From Candidatus Omnitrophota bacterium (GTDB lineage: Bacteria > Omnitrophota > Gorgyraeia > Gygaellales > Profunditerraquicolaceae): a stretch of 64,000 nt of DNA. The notes beneath the pieces are model-generated. The model made no database searches. It worked only from the letters and a program-made list of their open reading frames with translations, and had not been told where the DNA came from. Positions 46,885 through 57,259 of this stretch are shown in pieces (positions within the stretch are counted from its first letter, which is position 1; each line of letters opens with the position of its first letter). The stretch is from contig JAQUOV010000004.1 of NCBI GenBank assembly GCA_028716965.1, positions 140,298 through 204,297 of the forward strand, given 5' to 3'. Position numbers and translations under genes: made by a program.

Positions 46885-49664
46885 AACCCGAGAACAATCC
46901 GGCAGGCTCCGAATATAAACATACGTTGAACCTGCCTAAAACAGATTTTCCTATGAAGGCGGACCTGCCTAAGCGGGAACCGCTGATGCTGGAGCATTGG
47001 TCTAAATTGGATCTTTACGGGCTTATCCGTAAGAAACCGGTAAAAGGCAAATATGTCCTTCATGACGGCCCTCCTTATGCCAATGGGGATATCCATCTCG
47101 GCCATGCTTTAAATAAAACCTTAAAAGATATCGTTGTGAAATATAAAACCATGCAAGGGTATGATTCGCCGTATGTGCCCGGTTGGGACTGCCATGGCCT
47201 GCCTATTGAGCACCAATTGTTCAAAGAATTAAAAATAGCCAAGCACCAGATCCCGCAGCTTGAGTTCAGGAAGAAGGCACATGATTATGCGATGAAGCAT
47301 GTGGATGGCCAAAGGGAGCAGTTTAAGCGCCTGGGAGTATTCGGGGATTGGGAAAACCCGTATTTGACTCTAAGCCACGAATACGAAGAGGCGATTATCA
47401 GATCTTTTAATGATTTATATAAGAAAGGGTTTATCCAGCGCGGCCTTAAGCCGGTAAATTGGTGTTTTAAATGCGAAACTGCCTTGGCAGAGGCAGAGGT
47501 GGAATATGAAAATCATGTTTCTCCTTCGGTATTTGTAAAATTTAAGGCAAAAGAAGGAAAAGGGTTGTTGAAAGATACTTATTTTGTGATTTGGACCACT
47601 ACCCCATGGACCTTAATTGCCAATGTGGCCGTCTCTGTCCATCCGGAGTTCAGCTATTCTTATATTAAATCGGGTAAGGGGAATTTGATTATTGCCGATG
47701 TGCGCCTTGCGGTGTTGGAGCAGATGGGCATTGATAAATATGAAGTGATAAAGAATTTTAAAGGCAAGGACCTGGAGGGTATTATTTATGACCATCCGTT
47801 CGGTTTGCGCTCGGGGAAAGTAGTCCTGGCAGATTATGTTTCCGCCGAGGAGGGGACAGGTTTGGTGCATACGGCTCCCGGCCACGGCGCGGAGGATTAC
47901 CAGACAGGATTAAAATACGGCCTGGAGATTGTGATGCCGGTTGACGCAAGGGGTAAATTTAATTCCAGTTCCGGAGAATTTGCCGGCCAGAATGTCTATG
48001 ATGCAAATAAGGCGATCGTCGAAAAATTGCAGTCCATAGGGGCCTTGCTTTTAGAAGAGAAGATAGCTCACTCTTATCCGCATTGCTGGCGCTGCAAGCA
48101 TCCGGTAATTTTCAGGGCGACCAAACAGTGGTTCCTGAATATTGACCACAATGGTTTGCGTAAGAGCGTGCTTAAAGCGATAAAAGAAGATGTGCATTGG
48201 ATACCCGGGGCCGGGCAGGAGAGGATTTCATCAATGGTGGAATTGCGCCCGGACTGGTGCCTTTCACGCCAGAGATACTGGGGCGTACCGCTGCCGGCTT
48301 TGGTTTGCCAGGATTGCAAAGAAGAGTTTTTTAATACCGAGGTAATTGAGAAGTTCGCGCAATTTGCTGCAACGGAAGGATCTGACAGCTGGTTCAGCCG
48401 CAAGATAAATGATTTTATTCCCAAAGGCTTAACTTGCCCGGAATGCAAAAAAGGAAAAACATTTTCTAAAGGCGCGGATATCCTGGATGTCTGGTTTGAT
48501 TCCGGGGTAAGCGCTCAGGCAGTATTGAAAAAAAGAAAAGAATTAGGGGGGATCCCCGCGCAATTATACCTGGAAGGTTCTGACCAGCACAGGGGGTGGT
48601 TTCAGTCATCAATTATCCCGGCAATGGCAATTGACGGCAAGGCGCCTTTTGAAAATGTGCTTACGCATGGTTTTGTGGTTGACGGCGAAGGCAGGAAAAT
48701 GTCCAAGTCTTGCGGCAACGTCATCTCTCCGTTTGAGATCATCAAGGATTATGGCGCGGATATCTTAAGGATGTGGGTGGCCTCAAGCGATTACAATGAG
48801 GATATCCGTATCTCCAAGGAGATCCTTACCCGGCTTTCGGAGGCTTACCGCAAGATCCGCAACACCGCTAAATTTATTTTAAGCAACCTTTATGATTTTA
48901 ACCCGGATAAAGACAGGGTAGCTTACGATAATTTAAGAGCGATAGATAAATGGGTGCTTCAGGAGACAAAATTTGCATTAATGCAGGCAAGGAACGCCTA
49001 TGATTCTTTCGAATTCCACAAGGCTTATAAAACTATCTATGATCTTTGTAATGAACAGCTGTCAATGTATTATTTGGATATGGTTAAGGGTCGTCTCTAT
49101 ACTTATGGAGCTAAGACTACAGAAAGGCGTGCTACACAAACAGCAATTTTTGAAGCATTGAATATGATTGTGCGGATGATTGCCCCAATTTTTGTATTTA
49201 CCGCAGAGGAGATTTGGCAGCAAATGCCCCAAAATAAAGGGTCGGAAAATATCACAAGTGTGCATCTTTTAGAATGGCCTGAACCTGAGACTCTGGCTCC
49301 CGAAGATGATATCAACTTGCGTTTGGGGGTAGTAATATTGCGGATTCCTCTGGTAGCTAAAGCATTGGAAGAGTTGCGCGGCAAAGGGCAAATCGGCAGT
49401 TCTTTTGATGCCAGAATAAAACTGTTGACAAAAAGCCCAGAACGTTATACATTCTTACAAAGCTTAAATACCCAGCTCTGTGAGATTTTTAAGGTTTCAC
49501 AGGTTGAGGTAGTAAAGGATGATCAGCTTAGTGAAGAAATAAAAATAGAAGTAGCTAAGGCTGACGGTGTTAAATGCCCGCGCTGCTGGAACTACTCATT
49601 AAAGGTAGGAAGCAACCCGCAGCATCCTTTGATCTGCGATAATTGCCTTAAAGCGGTCTGTTAG
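46881..49664 (+). CDS. ileS: Isoleucine--tRNA ligase
   Basis: HIGH (HLGHAL) and KMSKS motifs, a CP1 editing domain and a C-terminal zinc finger. Confidence 0.95.
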   Translation: MKPENNPAGSEYKHTLNLPKTDFPMKADLPKREPLMLEHWSKLDLYGLIRKKPVKGKYVLHDGPPYANGDIHLGHALNKTLKDIVVKYKTMQGYDSPYVPGWDCHGLPIEHQLFKELKIAKHQIPQLEFRKKAHDYAMKHVDGQREQFKRLGVFGDWENPYLTLSHEYEEAIIRSFNDLYKKGFIQRGLKPVNWCFKCETALAEAEVEYENHVSPSVFVKFKAKEGKGLLKDTYFVIWTTTPWTLIANVAVSVHPEFSYSYIKSGKGNLIIADVRLAVLEQMGIDKYEVIKNFKGKDLEGIIYDHPFGLRSGKVVLADYVSAEEGTGLVHTAPGHGAEDYQTGLKYGLEIVMPVDARGKFNSSSGEFAGQNVYDANKAIVEKLQSIGALLLEEKIAHSYPHCWRCKHPVIFRATKQWFLNIDHNGLRKSVLKAIKEDVHWIPGAGQERISSMVELRPDWCLSRQRYWGVPLPALVCQDCKEEFFNTEVIEKFAQFAATEGSDSWFSRKINDFIPKGLTCPECKKGKTFSKGADILDVWFDSGVSAQAVLKKRKELGGIPAQLYLEGSDQHRGWFQSSIIPAMAIDGKAPFENVLTHGFVVDGEGRKMSKSCGNVISPFEIIKDYGADILRMWVASSDYNEDIRISKEILTRLSEAYRKIRNTAKFILSNLYDFNPDKDRVAYDNLRAIDKWVLQETKFALMQARNAYDSFEFHKAYKTIYDLCNEQLSMYYLDMVKGRLYTYGAKTTERRATQTAIFEALNMIVRMIAPIFVFTAEEIWQQMPQNKGSENITSVHLLEWPEPETLAPEDDINLRLGVVILRIPLVAKALEELRGKGQIGSSFDARIKLLTKSPERYTFLQSLNTQLCEIFKVSQVEVVKDDQLSEEIKIEVAKADGVKCPRCWNYSLKVGSNPQHPLICDNCLKAVC

Positions 49665-49713
49665 ATAACAATGGTTTGGCAAGCTGATAGCCAAAGCCAA
49701 GGGGGAAGCTAAA

Positions 49714-50100
49714 TTGAAGAAAAAATTTACTAAAAAAGAATTTAAAGATTTCAAGAAGATAATCCTTAAGAAGAAGGAAGAGGTGCTTGATGACCTCAAG
49801 CATATAACCGACGATACCTTGAAGAAATCACAGAAGGAGGCCTCGGGCGATATCTCCGGCTATACCTATCATATGGCTGATGTAGCAACCGATAATTATG
49901 ACCGGGAATTTTCACTGGGGCTGGCCTCTAATGAAAGAAGGGCTCTTTATGAGCTGGATGATGCTTTAAAGAGGATAGAGGAAGGGACTTTCGGTTTTTG
50001 CGATGACTGCAAAGGCCCGATCGCCAAGATCAGATTAAAGGCAGTGCCTTCTGCCCGGCTGTGCATTAAATGCCAGGAGAAAAGGGAGAAGAGAAGATAG
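49714..50100 (+). CDS. DksA/TraR-family C4 zinc-finger protein
   Basis: C-terminal CDDC...CIKC zinc finger. TTG start with a GGGGGAAG ribosome-binding site. Confidence 0.7.
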   Translation: MKKKFTKKEFKDFKKIILKKKEEVLDDLKHITDDTLKKSQKEASGDISGYTYHMADVATDNYDREFSLGLASNERRALYELDDALKRIEEGTFGFCDDCKGPIAKIRLKAVPSARLCIKCQEKREKRR

Positions 50101-50113
50101 CCCCTAATTTCAG

Positions 50114-50557
50114 GTGCATGGGATGATTTTTGTCATCGTTTCCAGCGTTATCTTATTGGACCAGCTAAGTAAATTTGCCGCCGTAAAATTCCTGCAGTTA
50201 AATACCCCGGTCAGCCTGATAAAAGATTTTTTATATATTACGCTGGTCTATAACCGCGGGGCGGCATTCGGGATGCTTAAGGACCAGGTGTTGCTTTTTA
50301 TTGCCGTCTCTTTCTTTGTTATCCTGTTTATCTTTCGCCATTTGAAAAACAAAAAGAACCCGGCTATTTTTAAAATATGCTTAAGCCTGATTTTGGCCGG
50401 GGCAATAGGTAACTTAATCGACCGCTTGCGCTTTGGGTATGTAATTGATTTTCTGGATTTGCGTTTCTGGCCGGTTTTTAATCTTGCGGATTCCGCGCTG
50501 ACTATAGGGGCGCTGTTATTAAGCTGGGAGATATTATTCGGTAAAAATGCTGCCTGA
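50114..50557 (+). CDS. lspA: Lipoprotein signal peptidase II
   Basis: NRGAAFG and FNLAD motifs. Conserved ileS-lspA neighbourhood. Confidence 0.9.
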   Translation: MHGMIFVIVSSVILLDQLSKFAAVKFLQLNTPVSLIKDFLYITLVYNRGAAFGMLKDQVLLFIAVSFFVILFIFRHLKNKKNPAIFKICLSLILAGAIGNLIDRLRFGYVIDFLDLRFWPVFNLADSALTIGALLLSWEILFGKNAA

Positions 50558-51287
50558 AATCTGCCACATCGGTAATTTTACGGTTTATTCATACGGCCTT
50601 ATGCTGGTTGTGGCTTTTTTTGTTTCCACCCATTTAGCTTCCTGCCAGGCGGAAAAAATGCATATTGACCCGAACAAGATTTTTAACCTTTGTTTTTATG
50701 TATTTATTTCCGGTATCATCGGCTCGCGGGTTTTCTATATCGTCAGCAATCTTCCTTTTTATATTAAACATCCGCTTGAGATTATCATGCTGCAGCATGG
50801 AGGGATGGCCATTTTCGGGGGGATCATCTTTGGTTCTATCTGTGCCTGTATATACATATTAAGGAATAAGCTGCAGTTGCTGCCGACTTTAGATTTACTG
50901 GCCCCTTTCATCGCTTTGGGGCAGGCCATCGGCAGGATAGGGTGTTTTCTAAACGGCTGCTGTTACGGCAAGCCTTCAGCATTCGGGATATATTCTCCGG
51001 TTGCCGGAGAGGTGCTTATCCCCACGCAGTTATATTCCAGCTTTCTGATGTTCTTAATATTCTTCGTCTTGAGGTTTATGCAGGACAGAAAACACCTGCC
51101 CGGGCAGATCTTATACAGCTATCTCTTCCTTTATTCAGTAAAACGTTTTTTCATTGAATTTTTCCGCAATGACAGCCCGAGGATATTCCAGGGGTTAACT
51201 CTTTTCCAGCTTTTAAGCCTGGCAATATTTTTTTTCTCCCTTACCATGCTGGTCAGGATATTTTACGTTAAAAAAGAAGCAAAATGA
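50547..51287 (+). CDS. lgt: Prolipoprotein diacylglyceryl transferase
   Basis: Lgt signature G-rich motif (GRIGCFLNGCCYGK). Confidence 0.9.
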   Translation: MLPEICHIGNFTVYSYGLMLVVAFFVSTHLASCQAEKMHIDPNKIFNLCFYVFISGIIGSRVFYIVSNLPFYIKHPLEIIMLQHGGMAIFGGIIFGSICACIYILRNKLQLLPTLDLLAPFIALGQAIGRIGCFLNGCCYGKPSAFGIYSPVAGEVLIPTQLYSSFLMFLIFFVLRFMQDRKHLPGQILYSYLFLYSVKRFFIEFFRNDSPRIFQGLTLFQLLSLAIFFFSLTMLVRIFYVKKEAK

Positions 51288-52198
51288 AGGAATTATCTTT
51301 TATCGTTTTGCCTGAACAGGCGAAGATGCGCCTGGATTTATTATTAGCAGAATATGCCGCCTGCAATAATTTAGGCTTATCACGCACGAATATCCAAAAG
51401 CTTATTGCCGCCGGGAATGTTTTTTTAGATTCGCGCCCGGCTAATAAGCCCCACCAGAAGGTAAAATCAGCAGAAGAGGTAAAGGTCATGCTTCCGGAAA
51501 AAGAAAAGGCACAGATACTGCCGGAGCGGATATCGCTTGAAGTAATCTATGAAGATGATGACCTGGCGCTTATTAATAAGCAGCCGGGCCTGGTGGTACA
51601 TCCGGCACCCGGTAACCGGGAGCATACTTTGGTTAATGCTTTGCTCAGCCGCTTCGCCCAGCTCTCCGATATCAACAAAAACCGTCCGGGGATCGTCCAC
51701 CGTTTGGATAAGGAAACCAGCGGCTTGCTGGTTATTGCGAAAAATAATCCCAGCCATTTAAAATTAGCCAGGCAGTTTGCCGAGCACAGTATCCAGCGCA
51801 AATATGTGGCTATAGTTTCGGGAAGGGTGGAATTTGACGAGGATGTGATCGAGGCGCCGATCGGCAGGCATCCTTCAAAAAGAAAAAGCATGTCGGTAAG
51901 TTTTTTAGAAAATACCCGTTATGCCAAGACGCATTACCGCACTTTAAAAAGAAGCGCTGATTTCAGTTTTCTGGAGTTGAGGCCTTTTACCGGCAGGACA
52001 CACCAGTTAAGGGTGCACCTTGCTTTTTTAGGCCACCCTATTTTAGGCGATGCCAAATACGGCAGGGACAAGATTTTCCCCCGCATGGCCCTGCACGCCC
52101 AGGAGATCGGCTTTATCCATCCGTCCACGGGTAAGTTTATGCATTTCTCAAGCCCGATCCCGCGGGAGTTCCAGGATTTTATTAAGAAAAACTTTTAA
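51284..52198 (+). CDS. rluD: RluA-family pseudouridine synthase (RluD-like)
   Basis: N-terminal S4 domain and HRLDKETSGLLV catalytic motif. Confidence 0.85.
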   Translation: MKELSFIVLPEQAKMRLDLLLAEYAACNNLGLSRTNIQKLIAAGNVFLDSRPANKPHQKVKSAEEVKVMLPEKEKAQILPERISLEVIYEDDDLALINKQPGLVVHPAPGNREHTLVNALLSRFAQLSDINKNRPGIVHRLDKETSGLLVIAKNNPSHLKLARQFAEHSIQRKYVAIVSGRVEFDEDVIEAPIGRHPSKRKSMSVSFLENTRYAKTHYRTLKRSADFSFLELRPFTGRTHQLRVHLAFLGHPILGDAKYGRDKIFPRMALHAQEIGFIHPSTGKFMHFSSPIPREFQDFIKKNF

Positions 52199-52495
52199 GG
52201 AGAGATATTTTACGTGGTTAAGCTTAAAATCCCCATAGCTACTCGTTTTGAATCAAAAATCATTTTTGTTCATTATCCTGCTTCGTAAACTCGGCAGGCC
52301 CTTGCATAGAACGCAAGGACTGCGTTCGATAAAAAATATAAGGTGCTTGATTTCGCGCAGCAAGCGCGCACTTGCCACTCCTGTTTGGCAAGGTGCGCTA
52401 AATTGTTATGGGTGCTCAATTTTTTGCTTGCTTTTTACGTAACCAATGTTATAGTAAAGGTTAACGAATACGCGTAAAATCATAAAGGAGGTAAG

Positions 52496-53344
52496 ATGGA
52501 TTTCAAAGGGCCTATCTTGAAATTTATTTTGATTGGTTTGACTGTTATCTCTTTAGTTTTTGCCGGGGTATTTGTACACTTGTACCAGAATGAACGCCTG
52601 AAAGCTGAAAAGCTGCAATCCCAGGTTGATGAGTTAACCGCCCGGGAACGCGTACTTGAGGATAAGCTTGAGGCTTCCAATAAAAATGTTGCGGAGTTGA
52701 TCTCTAAACTGCAGGAAAGCAAGGACCGGATTGCCAGTATAGGAGAAGAACTGAATAAGGAAAAGTCAACGCGGCAGGACGCGCTGAAGGAGCTGGAGCA
52801 GATTAAGACAGAGATTGAGCAGCAGAAATTCTCGCGCCAGGATTTAGAGAGCAAACTTGGAAAGGCTTTAGCAGAGGGCAATAAGTTGAAAGAACAGCTG
52901 CAGATTATTAACCGGCAAAAAGATGAGCTTGAGGTAAAGCTCAAAGATTTAGAATCCGCTTCTGCCGGCGTAGAGCTGGGAAAGGTAGTAGTAAACAGCG
53001 AGTCTGTTGAGCCTTATCGGGAGGGGAATGCTTCGGAGGCAAAAAAGACGGATTCTTCTTCTCCTGTTTCGCTAAAGGATAAAAAACAGGAAGGCCTTTC
53101 CAAGAACAATCTTTTGGAAGGCAGGATCACGGTAGTAAATAAAGAATATAATTTTGTAGTGATAAACTTAGGTGAAAAAGAAGGCCTGAATAAAGGAGAC
53201 CAATTTTCCGTATATCATGAGGGCAAAATGATCGGTGATATAACAGTGGAAAAGGTCCATGAATCAATGTCTGCCGCGGGTTTTGCAGCAGACCTAAAAA
53301 ATACAATCAAAGAGAACGATATAGTAATACAAAAGGTCAAATGA
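52496..53344 (+). CDS. Membrane-anchored coiled-coil protein with a C-terminal beta-rich domain (hypothetical)
   Basis: N-terminal TM helix, then about 130 aa of heptad-rich E/K/L/Q sequence, then a C-terminal GRITVVNKEYNFVVINLG...GDQFSV domain. Strong GGAGG ribosome-binding site. Confidence 0.55.
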   Translation: MDFKGPILKFILIGLTVISLVFAGVFVHLYQNERLKAEKLQSQVDELTARERVLEDKLEASNKNVAELISKLQESKDRIASIGEELNKEKSTRQDALKELEQIKTEIEQQKFSRQDLESKLGKALAEGNKLKEQLQIINRQKDELEVKLKDLESASAGVELGKVVVNSESVEPYREGNASEAKKTDSSSPVSLKDKKQEGLSKNNLLEGRITVVNKEYNFVVINLGEKEGLNKGDQFSVYHEGKMIGDITVEKVHESMSAAGFAADLKNTIKENDIVIQKVK

Positions 53345-54654
53345 GGCCTTTTGCAATAAAAGACAAATTTATCCCACGCGGCAGCATTAGCCTCTCCGGA
53401 GATAAATCCATAGCCCACCGGGCGTTGATTATCGGCGCCTTAAGCAGCGGTAAAACCATTATAAAGAACTTTCCTATCCACGATGATTCCCTGGCTACTT
53501 TAAGGGTCCTTTCCGCTTTAGGAGCCAAGATTGCGCGCGGTAATAAGCAGCAGGTTGCGGTATGTGGCGGTACGGGATTAAGGAAGCCGCGCAAGCCTCT
53601 GTTTGTGGGTAATTCGGGTACGACCTTGCGTTTGATTTTAGGTGTCTTGTCCGGAGCGGGTTTTGAATCCAGGGTGGCTGCGGGTAAATACCTTTCTGCA
53701 AGGCCGATGGCCAGGGTAAATAAGCCTTTGCGCCTGATGGGGGCAAAGATCATTGCCAGGAAGGCCGGCGGGGAAGAGTATGCTCCTTTATTTGTCAGCG
53801 GAGGCAGCCTTAAAGGCATTGTTTACCGCATGCCCGTTGCTTCAGCGCAGGTTAAATCCGCAATTCTTTTGGCAGGCTTGTTTGCTTCAGGTAAAACTTG
53901 CGTAATTGAAAGCGTAAAAACCCGTGACCATACCGAAAGGATGCTTAAGGTATTCGGCGCCAATATAACCGCGGGCAAAAAAAACATAACTTTGACCCCG
54001 GATAAAAAATTAATCAGCCCGGGATTAATTTATATCCCGGGTGATATCTCTTCGGCAGCCTTTTTAATAGTATTAGCTGCGATAATCCCCGGCGCTAAGA
54101 TTGTTATTGAGCGGGTAAGCCTTAATCCCAGCCGTTGCGGGATAATTAATGTGCTTAAAAGGATGGGGGTGAATATAGAGGTATTGCCTTTAAAGGGCAA
54201 TGGTGCGCAAAGTTTTGAACCGCTGGGTGACCTTATAGTAACCAGCGGGAAGCTCAAGGGAATTACAGTTGAGCCATCCGAGATCCCTTCTTTAATTGAT
54301 GAACTGCCCATTCTCATGGTAGCTGCTTGTTTTGCGGAAGGCAGAACCGTAATCAAGGGTGCCGGAGAGCTGAGGTTTAAGGAAACGGACAGAATTAATT
54401 CCATGCTTACAAACTTAAGATCTATGGGGGCAAACATCCATTCAGCCAAATCCGGCGGCCTGGAAAATATAATTATAAAGGGTAAGGGTATGCTTAAGGG
54501 GGCCAGGCTTAGGAGTTTTGGGGACCACCGCACAGCCATGAGCATGGTGATTGCCGCTTTAGCAGCTAAAGGCAGCTCAAGATTGGATGATATCAGTTGT
54601 ATCAGCAAGTCTTTCCCCGGTTTTTTATCCGCATTAAAGAGGCTACTGAGATAA
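53341..54654 (+). CDS. aroA: 3-phosphoshikimate 1-carboxyvinyltransferase (EPSP synthase)
   Basis: LSGDKSIAHRALIIGAL and other EPSPS motifs. Confidence 0.9.
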   Translation: MRPFAIKDKFIPRGSISLSGDKSIAHRALIIGALSSGKTIIKNFPIHDDSLATLRVLSALGAKIARGNKQQVAVCGGTGLRKPRKPLFVGNSGTTLRLILGVLSGAGFESRVAAGKYLSARPMARVNKPLRLMGAKIIARKAGGEEYAPLFVSGGSLKGIVYRMPVASAQVKSAILLAGLFASGKTCVIESVKTRDHTERMLKVFGANITAGKKNITLTPDKKLISPGLIYIPGDISSAAFLIVLAAIIPGAKIVIERVSLNPSRCGIINVLKRMGVNIEVLPLKGNGAQSFEPLGDLIVTSGKLKGITVEPSEIPSLIDELPILMVAACFAEGRTVIKGAGELRFKETDRINSMLTNLRSMGANIHSAKSGGLENIIIKGKGMLKGARLRSFGDHRTAMSMVIAALAAKGSSRLDDISCISKSFPGFLSALKRLLR

Positions 54655-54663
54655 ACATATTAT

Positions 54664-54692
54664 TTGACAAGGGGTTTAAACTCTGTTAAAAT
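54664..54692 (+). promoter_or_regulatory. Promoter upstream of mreB (TTGACA-17-TAAAAT)
   Basis: TTGACA at 54664-54669, TAAAAT at 54687-54692. Confidence 0.6.
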
Positions 54693-54723
54693 CACTACAC
54701 TGTATTAATTTTCAGGAGATTGT

Positions 54724-55797
54724 ATGGTAAAATTCAGCCAACAGCTAAAGAGAACGGTAAATTTTGTCTTGGGCCTTTTTTCCAATGATATGGGGATTGA
54801 CCTTGGGACAGCTACGACCCTGGTTTTTGTTAAAGGGGAAGGGGTAGTCCTTTGTGAACCTTCGGTTGTAGCAATTGAACGCGGGACTTCACATGTGCTG
54901 GCCGTAGGAGAAGAGGCTAAGCGCATGCTTGGCCGGACTCCCGGCAATATCATCGCCATTAGGCCGATGAAAGACGGGGTTATCTCTGATTTTGAAATTA
55001 CCGAAGCCATGCTTCGTTATTTTATCAAGAAGGTACACCACCGCAGGGTTTTAGTAAGGCCCAGGATCGTTATCGCAATCCCCTCAGGGATAACGGAGGT
55101 AGAGAAGCGGGCGGTAAAAGATTCTGCTGAACGCGCCGGAGCAAGAGAGGTATTCCTGATTGAAGAGCCGATTGCCGCAGCTATAGGCGTAGGGCTGCCT
55201 ATCCAGGAGCCGGTCGGAAATATGATTATTGATATAGGAGGCGGGACTACGGAGATAGCGGTAATCTCGCTTGCGGGGACAGTTTTTTCAAAATCCATCC
55301 GCATCGGCGGAGATGAAATGAATGAAGCGATCATTGAATACCTAAGGAAGACATACAACCTTTTGGTCGGCGAACGCACCGCCGAAGATATTAAGATAAA
55401 GATCGGCTCGGCTTATCCGATGGAAGAAGAGATGAGCATGGAGGTCAAGGGCAGGGACCTTGTGGCAGGATTACCGAAGATCGTTACTATTACCAGTGAA
55501 GAGGTCCGTGAATCCCTGCAGGAGCCTCTGCGCGCCATAGTAGAGGTTACTAAAATATCGTTGGAGAGGACCCCCCCGGAGTTAGCCGCTGATCTTATTG
55601 AGCATGGGATTGTGATGGCAGGCGGCGGTTCATTATTGAGAGGGTTGGATAAATTGATCTCTGAAGAGACCGGTTTGCCTGTTCATATCACTGATGATCC
55701 GGTTACTGCGGTTGCTAACGGTACCGGCCGGGTGCTTAGCGAAATTCAATATCTTAAGAAGGTAACTGTTTCGGTGAAGACCGAAACACGCAGCTAA
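54724..55797 (+). CDS. mreB: Rod shape-determining protein MreB
   Basis: [22 protein letters not shown]-terminus and actin-like fold. Confidence 0.95.
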   Translation: MVKFSQQLKRTVNFVLGLFSNDMGIDLGTATTLVFVKGEGVVLCEPSVVAIERGTSHVLAVGEEAKRMLGRTPGNIIAIRPMKDGVISDFEITEAMLRYFIKKVHHRRVLVRPRIVIAIPSGITEVEKRAVKDSAERAGAREVFLIEEPIAAAIGVGLPIQEPVGNMIIDIGGGTTEIAVISLAGTVFSKSIRIGGDEMNEAIIEYLRKTYNLLVGERTAEDIKIKIGSAYPMEEEMSMEVKGRDLVAGLPKIVTITSEEVRESLQEPLRAIVEVTKISLERTPPELAADLIEHGIVMAGGGSLLRGLDKLISEETGLPVHITDDPVTAVANGTGRVLSEIQYLKKVTVSVKTETRS

Positions 55798-55802
55798 TTT
55801 CC

Positions 55803-55990
55803 GCCACCAGGCGGATACCGACGCAATACCATTAAGCGTCGGGTATAAGCCACCAGGCGGACACCGACGCAATTCCGTTAAGCGTCGGGTGTAAGCCACC
55901 AGGCGGACACCGACGCAATATTCGCCACGAGGCGAACACTTGCGCAATACAAATAAGCGCAAGGCGCCAATTAGCGCCAGGTGCAGAGCC
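55803..55990. repeat. Tandem 46-bp hairpin repeat array (2.5 units) plus palindromic hairpin elements
   Basis: Units at 55803-55848, 55849-55894 and a partial third at 55895-55920. Each contains CCGCC..GGCGG and CCGACGC..GCGTCGG hairpins. Further hairpins follow, including CACTTGCGC-loop-GCGCAAGG. Confidence 0.8.
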
Positions 55991-56011
55991 AATCATTCTT
56001 CCTAGCTAAAT

Positions 56012-56785
56012 GTGTTTAAGTTATCCCGCAAAACCATAATCAATCTAATCATTGTTGTCTGCACAGCGCTTTTGGTTTATATATCCTCCCCTTTTCTAAA
56101 AAATTCAACCCAGAAAACGTTTAATCCCCATCTTGGCTTGATCGGTTTACTCAAACGTGAATGCTCAGGAATTATCTTCTACCACCGCAATATGGTTAAG
56201 CTTGAGAGGTTAAGCAGCGAAGCGGAAAACCTGCGCCGGAGGTTGTTTGACCTGCGGGAGATTGAGCAGGAGAACTTACGGCTTAAGAGTATCCTTAATT
56301 TCAAACAGAGATCGCCCCTGCGGATTATCCCGGCCAGGGTGATTGCCCGTTCTCCCGACAGCTGGTCTTCCAGCGTGATTATTGATAAGGGCAGAGATAG
56401 CGGCATAAGGACAGGCATGGCGGTGATTAATACGCAAGGGTTGGTGGGCAGGGTAATAGAAAGCTCCGGCAGTAACAGCAAGATATTATTGATCAACGAC
56501 CCTAGCCAGGGGGTATCCAGTATTGTGCAGCGCACACGCCAGGAGGGGTTGGCCAGCGGCAGCCTGGGAGCAAATTTAATTATGCGTTATCTTCCGGCTG
56601 ATGCGCAGATTGCGGTGGGGGATATAATCATTACCTCGGAATTAAGCCGGGTTTACCCGAAAGGCCTGCTTGTGGGTACGGTGGTCAATATAGGAAAAGA
56701 ATTTTCCGGCCTTAGCTGTTACGCCGTGGTTAAGCCCGCGGTTAAGCTTTCCGATATTGAAGAGGTGTTGGTGATTATCCCATGA
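56012..56785 (+). CDS. mreC: Rod shape-determining protein MreC
   Basis: GTG start, N-terminal TM helix, coiled coil and a beta domain. Sits downstream of mreB. Confidence 0.8.
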   Translation: MFKLSRKTIINLIIVVCTALLVYISSPFLKNSTQKTFNPHLGLIGLLKRECSGIIFYHRNMVKLERLSSEAENLRRRLFDLREIEQENLRLKSILNFKQRSPLRIIPARVIARSPDSWSSSVIIDKGRDSGIRTGMAVINTQGLVGRVIESSGSNSKILLINDPSQGVSSIVQRTRQEGLASGSLGANLIMRYLPADAQIAVGDIIITSELSRVYPKGLLVGTVVNIGKEFSGLSCYAVVKPAVKLSDIEEVLVIIP

Positions 56786-57252
56786 AAAAATGGCTTATCT
56801 TTTTTGCTTTAATTATTATTGCTACACTGCAATTAAACTGGCCGGCATCTTTAAGTTTTTTTAATACCAAGCCCGACCTGCTTTTGATATTCTCCATCTC
56901 TCTGGTTTTCTATTTCAACTTTAAGACCGCCTTGGTCTCAAGTGTCCTGGCGGGATTGTTTAAGGATGCCTTTCTGCCTTCGGCTATTGCAATAAATACG
57001 CTTTCTTTTGCCGTATGGAGTTATTTAACCTTCCGCTTGTCTTCCCAGGTCTCTACCGAGAACAGTTATGTACGCCTGGCCATAATCCTGATCATAGCCG
57101 TCTTGAATAATATTGTAATCGGCATACAAAGCTTGAATTCCGGCAGCTTTATCCCGGCCGGTATTTTTTTGCGCAGCCTGATTATCTCTTCACTTTACAC
57201 GGGGGCCTTATCTCCCCTGGTTTTTAAGCTTACTAAGAAGATAGCCGGATAA
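56782..57252 (+). CDS. mreD: Rod shape-determining protein MreD
   Basis: Small polytopic membrane protein following mreC. Confidence 0.65.
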   Translation: MKKWLIFFALIIIATLQLNWPASLSFFNTKPDLLLIFSISLVFYFNFKTALVSSVLAGLFKDAFLPSAIAINTLSFAVWSYLTFRLSSQVSTENSYVRLAIILIIAVLNNIVIGIQSLNSGSFIPAGIFLRSLIISSLYTGALSPLVFKLTKKIAG

Positions 57253-57259
57253 TATTCTT

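Noticed and set aside
52480-52944. 154-aa minus-strand ORF
   Set aside because: Antisense to the coiled-coil gene. The repetitive Ser/Cys-rich translation is an artefact of the GA-rich sense strand.
54030-54608. 192-aa minus-strand ORF
   Set aside because: Antisense to aroA. Shadow ORF.
55803-55920. Possible CRISPR array
   Set aside because: The 46-bp units are directly adjacent with no spacers and only 2.5 copies, and no cas genes are nearby. It is a tandem hairpin repeat, not CRISPR.
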